From Octopus sinensis (Eukaryota): DNA of 47,666 nt. The notes below the pieces were generated by a model, which was not told the origin of the DNA, searched no databases, and saw nothing but the letters and a program-made list of their open reading frames with translations. The stretch lies in NCBI RefSeq assembly GCF_006345805.1, contig NW_021834533.1, positions 1 to 47,666 of the forward strand, in the 5' to 3' direction. A program made the position numbers and the translations under genes. The stretch's first letter is position 1, and every line of letters starts with the position of its first letter. Of this stretch, positions 13,155-23,754 are shown piece after piece.

Positions 13155-13540
13155 AGGCGGCGAGCTGGCAGAACCGTTAGCACACGGGGCGAAATGCGCA
13201 GCCATATTTCGTCTATCTTTACGTTTTGAGTTCAAATTCCGTCGAGGTCGACTTTGCCTTTCATCCTTTCGGGGTCTATACATTAAGTACCAGTTACGCA
13301 CTGGGGTCGATATAATCGACTTATTCCGTTTGTCTGTCCTTGTTTGTCCTCTCTGTGTTTAGCCCCTTGTGGGTAGTAAAAAAATAGGTATTTCGTTTGC
13401 CGCTACGTTCTGAGTTCAAATTCCGCCGAGGTCGACTTTGCCTCTCATCCTTTCGGGGTCGATAAATTAAGTACCAGTTACGCACTGTCCCTGTTTGTCC
13501 CCTCTATGTCTAGCCCCCTGTGGGCAATAAAAAAATAAGA
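13155..13540 (+). mobile_element. Two head-to-tail SINE family B copies
   Basis: A full copy at about 13155-13385 ends agccccttgtgggtagtaaa. A 5'-truncated copy at about 13390-13540 ends agccccctgtgggcaataaa. Confidence 0.85.
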
Positions 13541-13583
13541 TATGAGATTTTATTTTGGAGAGGCTGTTAAAATTGTTCTAATG

Positions 13584-14002
13584 CAGTTTTTCTCAAGCAG
13601 CGTCCATATGGCTCCTGAGGGTCCCTGTAAGATCTTTGGGAGTTCACACAGTAAAATAGTAAATTGGGGATCTGCAATAGAATTTTAAGGGTCTCTGAAA
13701 AATTTTTGCTTTAAATACATGTATTGGTATTTATTGTAAGAAACAGTTTAGTTTCCTTCTCAAACATTTTACTGACGTAAGTTAATCTGTAGAAAACTAA
13801 ATAGGAATTTTGAAAGAAGCTTCTATAAAACTAAAATTTAGGCGTAGGAGTGGCTGTGTGGTAAGTAGCTTGCTTACCAACCGCATGGTTCCGGGTTCAG
13901 TCCCACTGCGTGGCAGCTTGGACAAGTGTCTTCTACTATAGCCTCAGGCTAACCAAAGCCTTGTGAGTGGATTTGGTAGACGGAAACTGAAAGAAGCCGT
14001 CG

Positions 14003-14039
<37 letters not shown>

Positions 14040-14566
14040 TGTATATGTTTGTGTGTCTGTGTTTGTCCCCCCCAGCATCGATTGACAACCGATGGTGGTG
14101 TGTTTGCGTCCCCGTAACTTAGCGGCACGGCAAAAGACACCGATAGAATAAGTACTAGGCTTACAAAGAATAAGTCCTGGGGTCGATTTGCTCGACTAAA
14201 GGCGGTGCTCCAGCATGGCCACAGTCAAATGACTGAAACAAGTAAAAGAGTAAAAGAGTAAAAAAAAATCACAAACTAGTTTTTTAAACATTGAATGGCT
14301 ATGGGGATCCACGGAGCAAAATAGCCAATTGGGGATCCACACTAGTTTTGTAAGGGGCCTTAAAATATGTTTGCTTTAAATGCATGTATTGGTATGTATT
14401 TCAAGAAACGAGTTCAACCTACATAAGCAAATGTGTGAAAAACAAAAAATAATTTTGAAAGAAGTTTTTATAAAACTAGTTTTCAAAACATTGTATGGCT
14501 ATGGAGGTTCGCCAAGATAAAATAGTAATCAAAGCGGTTCATAGGTATAAAATAGTGGAGAACCTG
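13584..14566. mobile_element. hAT-like MITE with internal tandem subunits, interrupted by a SINE A
   Basis: Degenerate ends cagtttttctcaagc / gtggagaacctg. The internal motifs ggggatcc, attttgaaagaag and tataaaact recur. Same family as 43227-44011. Confidence 0.5.
13841..14260 (+). mobile_element. SINE family A, full length
   Basis: ggcgtaggagtggctgtgtggtaag head through aaaagagtaaaagag, with an internal (TA)n(TG)n tract. Confidence 0.9.
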
Positions 14567-14610
14567 TTCTAGATTATCGTAATGTTAGTATATCATTGCT
14601 ATGCATCAAA

Positions 14611-14995
14611 AGGAGGCGCAATGGCCCAGTGGTTAGGGCAGCGGACTCGCGGTCATAGGATCGCGGTTTCGATTCCCAGACCGGGCGTTGTGAGTGTTTA
14701 TTGAGCGAAAACACCTAAAGCTCCACGAGGCTCCGTCAGGGGATGGTGGTGATCCCTGCTGTACTCTTTCACCACATCTTTCTCTCACTCTTACTTCCTG
14801 TTTCTGTTGTACCTGTATTTCAAGGGGCCAGCCTTGTCACTCTCTGCGTCACGCTGAATAGCCCTGAGAACTACGTTAAGGGTACACGTGTCTGTGGAGT
14901 GCTCAGCCACTTACACGTTAATTTCACGAGCAGGCTGTTCCATTGATTCGGATCAACCGGAACCCTCGTCGTCGTAACCGACGGAGTGCTTCCCA
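14611..14995 (+). mobile_element. SINE family C, full length, 14-bp TSD
   Basis: A-box tggcccagtgg and B-box-like ggtttcgattcc. TSD tgctatgcatcaaa at 14597-14610 and 14996-15009. 3' hairpin cgtcg-taac-cgacg. Confidence 0.93.
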
Positions 14996-15216
14996 TGCTA
15001 TGCATCAAATAAGCTGACCTGCCACCTTTTCTCATTCCAGATTGAATGTGATGACTGTAACAGCACTTGAGTACACCTTACAAGCAGTGCTTGTCACAAC
15101 CTACTATACACTACTTCTCATGTTTCCTTCTTGGTAACCAACGTCTTGACAGAAATGGGTATCTAAACTGTCCCTCACTTTCCGTGCAGTCCAGACTTTT
15201 ACACCCTGTGATTTTT

Positions 15217-15430
15217 ATGGAGGCGCGTGGCTTAGTGGTTAGGGGTGTTGGATTTATGGTCGTAAGCTTGTGGTTTCGATTCCTGGACCGGGTGACGCGT
15301 TGTGTTCTTGAGCAAAACACTTCATTTCACGTTGCCCCAGCCCACTCAACTGGCGAAAATTAGTAATCATGCGATGGACCGGCGTCTCGTCCAGGTGGGG
15401 AATATGTAAGCCACGGAAACAGATAAACAG
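15217..15430 (+). mobile_element. SINE family D (tRNA head plus CORE-like central segment)
   Basis: tggcttagtggttagggg A-box, ggtttcgattcc B-box, then gttgtgttcttgagcaaaacacttcatttcacgttg. Confidence 0.8.
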
Positions 15431-15854
15431 ATAGCCACCATTGCCACCAACACTAACGAGCATCATCATCACCACCACCATCACTACCAATTCTTCCAAT
15501 TCAGTTGGCACGACTCGTGCAGGTAACTTTACCTTTTACCTTTATCGGTTAATTTTGGTTGTTCTCCAAATTGAAGAAGAATTTCAAGAGTAGTCATTTT
15601 GAAGACATTGCGAAAATGGGGTCTGTGACAAAGGTTCTAGACGCTACGGGAGGACTTCCAAGGTGCTGGAGTGTTACGACAATTGCATGGAAGTCAGAGT
15701 ATCCTTTGAAATTGGGTAGATTCACGTGCCTTTGGTTGTCAGGGTAATCCTGGATATGGGGTATTCTTTGACTGACCCTAAGTTGGAGTTTCTCAAAATT
15801 AATAAACGTGTCTCTTGATAATTTCCTAAACCTTCAGGAATAAAACCTCGTTTT

Positions 15855-16095
15855 TCTGCTACTTAAATTTACGTGCGAGTGGCTGAGCAATGCACAGACA
15901 CGGGTAACCCTTAATGTAGTTCTCAAGGAGATACAGCATAGCTCTTTGAAATACAGACACTACCCATTTTTGTCAGCAGAACAAACCAGAGCAACGTGAA
16001 ATAAAGTGTCTTGCTCAAGGACACAACGCGCCGCCGAGAATTGAACACTCGGCCTTACGATCGCGACCCGATTACCCTAACCACTAAGCCACCTT
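15855..16095 (-). mobile_element. Mosaic SINE: family D head with family C 3' tail
   Basis: Minus strand has gtggcttagtggttagggt..gttgtgtccttgagcaagacactttatttcacgttg (D), then ctgtatttcaaag..gagaactacattaagggt..gtgtctgtg..tgctcagccact (as C at 14810-14930). Confidence 0.7.
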
Positions 16096-16494
16096 CACCG
16101 ACACTGACTAATTAACTGATAATTGGGATCTTCCAATTGTCCAGCATCATATTATGATCATCTCTGGCTTCATATATGAATGTTTACATAATTTCTTCGC
16201 TCTTTATGGTTTTCTTTGTCGTCGTCGCTATCGTTGTTATACTTTCTTTACTCCAGTGAAATGGTAGCTCAATATCTACTTAAGTAGGAAGATGAAGAGG
16301 ATGTCGAGGTTTACATAGTAGAGAAGAGCGAGTAAAGAGAATATATAGAAAAAAGAAAAACAACGGTAATCTAACAAAAATGTATAAAAATACACACACA
16401 TAATGGAGAAGAGACTAGAATGGGATTGAAGAGGAGACACCCATAATATAAACAAATGATCCATTATACTTAGAAATAGAGAAGTAAAGGCTAC

Positions 16495-16530
<36 letters not shown>

Positions 16531-16532
16531 GA

Positions 16533-16660
16533 TAATCCTTTCTACTAAAGGCACAAGACCTGAAAGTTTGGGGAGAGGACTAGTCAATCGCATCGGCTCC
16601 AGTGTTACAACGGTACTTAATTTATCGACACCAAAAGGGATGAAAGGCAAAGCCGATCTC
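16533..16660 (-). mobile_element. SINE family B, 5'-truncated
   Basis: Reverse complement of tttgcctttcatccc..gtcgataaattaagtacc..gactagtcc..cttgtgcctttagtagaaaggatt. Confidence 0.8.
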
Positions 16661-16662
16661 GG

Positions 16663-16700
<38 letters not shown>

Positions 16701-16757
16701 TAATAATAATAATAATATAATAATAATAATAATATGATGATGATGATGATGATGATG

Positions 16758-18436
16758 TGAAAAAAAGAGAAAAGATCTGTCGATTCTTAACGAAATTAGT
16801 AGACAGTCAACACTACTAAGTAACAAGAAGAAAACAAAAATGTTGTGCAAATACTACAAAAAAATTTACCTAAGGCAAAAGAAAAGCTAAAGTAAGATAT
16901 CCTTGCCAAAGCACAAAAGACCCGCCGGTATGAGAAACGCCAATGTTTCTTTGAACAAAACAAACAGTTCAACTCCAACCCCCAAAATTCTACCAAGAAC
17001 TTGGCAAAAATAATATAGAAATTACTGCAGCACCAACTGCCGAAGAATTTTGGAAAGAAATATGGTCGGCGAAGGAAGAACCTCATAAATGGACTATTAA
17101 AACAACGAACTTAGCACCTGGGCAACTCTAGACCCCTGAAGAGGTCACCCAGGCACTGCAAAGACTAAACAACTGGATGGCACCTGGGCACGACAAGATC
17201 CCCAACTTCTGGTTAAAATATCTGACAGGAATACACAAAAAGCTGGCAGAAAACTTTAACGACATACTAGCAGAGCTAGAGACAATGCCTGAATGGCCCA
17301 CGAAAGGGAAAACTATCCTAATTCCCAAATCCACCAAAGCGGCAAAACCACAAAATTACAGACCTATAACCTGTCTCCCTACAATTTACAAAGCCTTTAC
17401 TGCAATAATATCGCAGAGAATTATTAAGCATCTGGAAGAAAACAACCTGTTTCCAGAAGAGCAGAAGGGATGCTGCAAAGGCTCATACGGCTGTAAAGAT
17501 CAACTAATGATCAATAACGCCATAACTGAAGACAGCAGCAGAAAGAAAGGACTCAGTATGGCCTAGATCGACTACCGAAAGGCTTTTGATAGTATTCTCC
17601 ACACGTGGATCCTTGAAACACTAGCCATCAACAAGGTACCACCAATAATTATAAAATACATAAGACACTCTATGAATAAATGGCAGACAGTGCTACAACT
17701 CCAAACAAAAGAGGGACTCGTGAGAACCAAAGCTATCCCCGTTAGAAGAGGAATATTCCAGGGAGACACGCTCTATCCACTCCTTTTCTGCTTGGCACTG
17801 TCACCTCTATCTGTCATGCTAAATAGAACTGAATGCGGATACAAATGTTACGGCAAAACAATCAGCCACTTTTTATATATGGATGGCCTAAAACTATACG
17901 CTACAAATGATAAACAGTTGGAAACACTTCTACAGACAGTACATGGGTTTACCAAAGAAATAGATATGAAATTTGAATTAGAAAAATGTGCCAAAGCAAC
18001 CCTGAAAAGAGGAAAACTAGTTAAGAGTAGCAACATCATACTAGATAAAGCCAATGAAATAAGAGGATTAGACCAAAGCCAGACATACAAATATTTAGGA
18101 ATCAATGAACTAGATATGATACAACACACACAAATGAAAGAGAAAGTAAAGAAAGAATACTGTAGACGAGTTAGATTAATACTGAAAACAGAGCTCAATG
18201 CTAAAAACAAGATAATAGGTATTAACACTTTAGCCGTCCCAGTTATAAGTTACAGCTACTACGTCCTTAACTGGACACTAAATGAATTAACTAAAATGGA
18301 CAGGAAAACAAGAAAAATAATGACAGGATCTAGGATGCACCACCCAAAATCTGACATAGAAAGGCTATATATACAACGTATAGAAGGTGGTAGAGGCCTT
18401 ATACAGCTAGAAAACTGTTATAAAATGAAACTACTG
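16758..18436 (+). mobile_element. R4/Dong-like non-LTR retrotransposon fragment: 5'-truncated, RT domain only, flanked by (AAT)n
   Basis: Translates as DILAKAQKTRRYEKRQCFFEQNKQFNSNP, EEFWKEIWS, then one frame with a single stop (17564) covering GKTILIPK, NYRPITCLPTIYK, EQKGC..GCKDQL, IDYRKAFDS, RGIFQGDTLYPLLFCLAL, FLYMDGLKLYA, YKYLG and EGGRGL. It ends aaactactg(aat)n. Confidence 0.88.
17177..18436 (+). pseudogene. Reverse transcriptase pseudo-ORF of the Dong-like element
   Basis: ORFs 17177-17566 and 17672-18640 share a frame. There is a TAG in place of the expected Trp (LSMA*IDY), and the catalytic YMDD reads YMDG. Confidence 0.88.
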
Positions 18437-18464
18437 AATAATAATAATAATAATAATAATAATG

Positions 18465-18552
<88 letters not shown>
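18437..18552. repeat. (AAT)n array
   Basis: Direct reading. Confidence 0.97.
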
Positions 18553-18554
<2 letters not shown>

Positions 18555-19043
18555 CATGTACATTGTTTTGTCTTGGTATAAAAGATGGGCTACAGCAAAT
18601 ATTCTGCTCAATACCACAGATTTGCTTGTCAGTTGTTTGACCATAACCAGTTGAGCATGTCCCTTAGTGGCTGACGATATGTGCATCTCTGATCACGAGC
18701 AGAAGTAGTGGGGGAGCATCATAGCCATGTGTTGAGAGGGATTCTTTGGGGTTTGAATAATTCACCTCTGGAAACATGGGTGGTTCTTTCAACATCCTTA
18801 AACAACCCTTATTCAGGGACCTTTTGAGCAGGATGGGCTACTCAACCTGAAGAAAATTCTAACTGGGCCCCACCTGCAAGGTCATGTGCTGTTTATCTTG
18901 ATATGAGATCACCATGTCGCGCACATATGGTTGTGATGCATGTGCCTGGTGTACCCTTATCAGACGGGTAGTCATGATGGGTATATTGGACTTCGTATAT
19001 TTTACCCCAGTGTCACTTTGATGGCATGCACTGCTCTCTCACT

Positions 19044-19045
<2 letters not shown>
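18553..19045 (+). mobile_element. Unclassified non-coding interspersed element ending in (AAT)n, probably a LINE 3' UTR or non-autonomous retroposon
   Basis: Unique-looking ~490-bp block between two (AAT)n arrays, ending gcatgcactgctctctcact-(aat)n. No tRNA head or ORF seen. Recalled as a common octopus repeat, not verified. Confidence 0.5.
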
Positions 19046-19340
<295 letters not shown>

Positions 19341-19671
19341 ATAATAATTGCACAACCCATATAAAACAATCTGCAAACACAAGACATACTGTACATAGTA
19401 AATACTCAATAAAATAAACAACTTCCTCAACATGTACTCTACAGGTTGGATACCCGACAGAAGAATACAAGTCGCATTACACACAGCACACAATACAAGC
19501 ACTGATACAACAAATGACTCAAGTCAAACGGCATAATGAAACAAACTGATGCAATGTAATACTGGAAAGAGTTAACAACAAAAGAGAACACACAGTGTTG
19601 GACGCACCTCAGCAACCCAGAGGTGTAGCAGTAATGTATTTGAAGCTATCAAATGTCAAACAGTGATAATA

Positions 19672-19896
19672 ATAATCCTTTCTACTTAAGGCACAGGGCC
19701 TGAAATTTTGTGGGAGGAGACTAGTCGATTACATTACATCGACCTCAGTGTTTCACTGCTACTTAATTTATCGACCCCGAAAGCTTGAGAGACAAAATTC
19801 GACCTCGGCAGAATCTGAACTCTGAACGTAAAGACGGGCGAAATGCTGCTAAATGTTTATTCCGGCGTGCCAACGATTCTGCCAGCTCACCGCCTT

Positions 19897-19897
<1 letters not shown>
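19672..19897 (-). mobile_element. SINE family B, near full length
   Basis: The plus strand ends with gattctgccagctcaccgcctt, the reverse complement of the head; the core is present. Confidence 0.85.
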
Positions 19898-19930
<33 letters not shown>

Positions 19931-20869
19931 GCAACAACAATAATAATGATTTCTTTGTTAGCCAAAGGGGCACTGATGAAGGGTTTACGTAAAAGATGAC
20001 CGGAAAGAAAGGGAAAAGAGGGTGAAATAAGATAAAAGTATACAGGCTATATACAAAAGCTTGTGAATGCATGCATTATGCAAACCTCGTGATACAGGAG
20101 AAGCTCCAACTAGGGCCAGTTAAAGAACACCACAGATCCAGGATCACCTTGACAACCAAAGGTACATGCCTCCACCCAACTATTGTACCCCAATGTTTAA
20201 AGCTGGTCCATTCACCCGAACCATTTCTGCCTCAGTTACCCACGTGTTCACAAATCACTGGGAGATAGCACTTCACCTTCCACCCTGTCTAACTTTCCAA
20301 GTGAAAGCTAAAAATTCGATGAGGGCTTAACTAGAGAATAAGGTATTTTTCCTAATCCTTTCAGCCTCGAAGACCACTCAATCTCTCCATAGTCCCTTGG
20401 CAGAACACCGTCTGCATCTGTTAAAAGAGAGTAGCGGTGTGATCCCTACGATGGACTCGGCCGATATCCGGTTTCGTCCTATAGGCAATTACATCTATTC
20501 AACATAACTCTAAAAGTCAGCCAAGCTCGGACTCTATACATATGCGTGCTTTATGATTTCGTCGCTCTGCACGCATCGCTAGCAATCCTACCTGGTGGTA
20601 CTTCTATGTTTGTAGAGTATATCTCGAACCAGTAGTAATCATCTGTTGCATTGCTAGGCTAGAGATTTCTGGAAATTATCCATGGTTGTTCTAGGCCGAA
20701 AACTCCATCGAACCAGATCAGCTAGTTCATCCACGTCGGCGCCTAGAATTTCCTCGAGAATGTCATCACTCTTAGCCAACAACAGCAGCAGCAACAGTAG
20801 CAGCAACAAGGACGACAACAACGACGATGACGATGATGATGATGATGATGACGATGATAGTGATGACTT

Positions 20870-21495
20870 CATATTTTGGCAGAAGGCCAGCAATTTCGGG
20901 GAACGAGATAAGTCGATTACATCGACCCCTAGTACTCAAAAGTCGACCATTGTGGTATTTGAACTCAGAATGTAAAGACGGACGAAATGCCGCTAAGCAT
21001 TTTGCCCGGCACAGTAAAGATTCTGGTAGCTTGCCACTTTCATATAATAATCCTTTCTATTATAGGCACAAGACATGACATTTTAGGGAAGGGTAAGTCG
21101 ATTACATCGACCACCAGTGCGCAGCTGGTACATATTTCATCGACCCCAAAAAATGAAAAGCAAAGTTGACGATCTAAGTGAAATTTGAACACAGAGTGCA
21201 AAAACGGACGAAATTTCGCTAAGAAGTTTGTCCGGCGGGTTAACGCTTCTGCCAGCTCACGGCTCTTTGTTTCAGCCACTAATGGTTTCAAATTTTGGCA
21301 CAAGGCCAGCAATTTCGACCGTGTGGTTACATCAATTACATAGATCCCAGTGCTCAGCTGGTACTTATTTTATCGAACTCGAAAGGCTGAAACTCCAACT
21401 TGACATTGGAGGAATTTGAACTCAGTGCATAAAGACGGACGAAACATAGCTAAGAATTTTGTCCGTCGTTGCTAGCGATTCTGCCAGCTCGTACC
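20870..21495 (-). mobile_element. Three head-to-tail diverged SINE family B copies
   Basis: gaactcag..aaagacggacgaaa..gctaag..ttctgccagctc recurs near 20960-21040, 21185-21262 and 21415-21495. Confidence 0.8.
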
Positions 21496-21627
21496 CCTCT
21501 ACTGCATCGAATAATGGTAATAGTTATACAAAAAGAAAAAAAAATCTGTAAAGTATCGGTGTCTCGTAGTTAAAAAAACCTTTTACTTATTTCCGGCTCA
21601 GTTGGGGTTTGAATAAAACAGCAAAAC

Positions 21628-21628
21628 A

Positions 21629-21726
<98 letters not shown>

Positions 21727-21770
21727 CAACAACACAACAACAACAACAACAATAACAGCAACAACAATTA
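21628..21770. repeat. (TAC)n(AAT)n(AAC)n compound array
   Basis: Direct reading. Confidence 0.95.
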
Positions 21771-22397
21771 CAAATATGGAATCACAAACAAACAATTAGA
21801 AGAAAATGTGATCTTGTGTCAGACATCTTTTAAAATGGAAGGAAAAAAGAAAAAAATTAAAATAATCATGGAGACGCTTATTGATTTCAGGAACAGAGGA
21901 TTTGTGTGAATCGTAGTGTAGTGTTGGCGCTGGGGATGATATTGGTTGTGGCATTGTAGGGGATTTTGATGGTGGTGCTATTGGCGGTTGTGGTGGTTGT
22001 GGTGGTGGTAATGGGTGTGGTGTTGGTTGCGATGGTAATGATTGTAGCAGTGGTGAGTTTTTTTGTTTTTAATCCAGATTGTATGCAGTAGTTTCTATAG
22101 GGGTTTATGCTGACTATAGTAGTAGTATCATATGTGGTTGTTGGGGTGGTAGTGTTGCTTGTGGTTGTGATTGTTACGATAGTAGTGGTTGTTGTTGTAG
22201 TGACGCCCCTTGTGTATTTTCAAAATTGTGATGCTTAAGGTTACTTTTGTGGTTTTGCTGTTGGTGATAGTGGTTGTAGCCAAAATAAGGTCGGGTCTTG
22301 ATATGGTCACCCACGCACGCACGCGCGCGCACACATACACACACGCACACACACACAAATATATTTATGTGCGCGTGTGAATATAATGTGTATATAT

Positions 22398-22708
22398 AGG
22401 CGCAGGAGTGGCTGTGTGGTAAGTAGTTTGCTTACCAACCACATGGTTCCAGGTCCAGTTCCACTGCGTGGCATCTTGGGCAAATGTCTTCTACTATAGC
22501 CTCGGTCCGACCAAAGCCTTATGAGTGGATTTGGTAGACGGAAACTGAAAGAAGCCCGTCGTATATATGTATGTGTGTGTATATGTTTGAGTGTCTGTGT
22601 TTGTTCCCCCAACATCGCTTGACAACCGATGCTGGTGTGTTTCCGTCCCCGTAACTTAGTGGTTCGGCAAAGCGACCTATAGAATAAGTACTAGGCTTAC
22701 AAAGAATA
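22398..22708 (+). mobile_element. SINE family A, 3'-truncated
   Basis: ggcgcaggagtggctgtgtggtaag head; stops after ggcttacaaagaataag. Confidence 0.9.
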
Positions 22709-23421
22709 AGAATATATTCTTGGTGTTTCGTGGAGTACCATTATAATTCACTGGCACATTGTATCGGAGGCGTCTTCTTTGTCCCTTTTCTAATCGACTG
22801 ATTAACTCCTAGCCAACTTTTCTCTTCTCTCTTGTTATTTCTTTGATAAAGGTAACGGCTGTTGCTCTAATTTTGTTTTTAGCGACACACACTTCGTGAT
22901 GTTGATGATGGTCCTTGTCATTTCTCGCTTTGTTACTTCGCTAATCCGGCCCTATAAATCTTTCAGTGTCGGGAAAGTTGGCTGCAGCTTCTAGTAACGG
23001 AGTCACTGTTTATTTCTCCTATCTAAGTAGAAGATGCAGATTCCAGATTTGTCGTACGTTCAAACAAGTGTCCGAAAATGTTGACGACTTTCACTAAGCC
23101 TCTTGGCTAACCTAACGAAAAGTTTTATCCATGAGTACATTTAGGTCATCGAGGCGGGACCTGACAGACGGTTGTATCCCTTTCAGCAAATTTGTGATGT
23201 TTTTGTACCCGTTTTCTGTTGGTTAACCCTACATAATCTCTGTCTATGTCCAAGCTAGTATTCCGAGTGCTCTCTAACGAAATAAATAAGATGTTCTTTG
23301 AGTTCCTGCAGGTGTATAGTCTAACGCAACCGTCCATCCCTGGTCTGAAGGCACCACAGACGTATTTAGTATTGTTGACATTTAAAACCATTGGTCTATA
23401 GTTCGGTTATAATAAAAAAAA

Positions 23422-23754
23422 GGATCTTTAACTTTTTTGACCGGCAGATTTAGAAAATAATTTTTTGTAACTAAACCCTTTCAAACTTCGTTTACTGGTA
23501 GAATGTATCATATAAAACATCTTTTATTCTTAGCGTTTTCGAGAAAAGTTTATATTTACGAAGTTATTTCATTTTAAAGTTGTCGTATTTTGGTAATTTC
23601 AACCAATCAATGACGTGTATTCAGCTGAATATAATATATCTAAGTTCACAAAGATGTTTTATATGACACATTCTACCAGTCTATGAAGTTTGAAAGTGTT
23701 TAGTTACAAAAAATTATTTTCTCAATCTGCCGGTCAAAAGGTAAAGTAAGATCC
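23422..23754. mobile_element. MITE with ~100-bp terminal inverted repeats
   Basis: Left arm ggatct..ttttgaccggcagatttagaaaataattttttgtaactaaaccctttcaaacttc..ctggtagaatgt.tcatataaaacatcttt matches the reverse complement of 23652-23754. Both flanks are A-runs. Confidence 0.85.

Noticed and set aside
14611-14690. tRNA gene calls for the tRNA-like heads (also 15217, 27820-27898, 43670-43747)
   Set aside because: A and B boxes are present, but each continues into a SINE body, three with TSDs, and I could not form a proper cloverleaf acceptor stem.
19973-20010. CUGAUGA-AGGGU...ACC-GGAAA hammerhead-like string
   Set aside because: No stem III or cleavage triplet and no stem I partner; likely chance.
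20654-20893. Protein-like stretch AKSDDILEEILGADVDELADLVRWSF
   Set aside because: Short, no recognisable family, begins in a microsatellite and SINE, and all frames close nearby.
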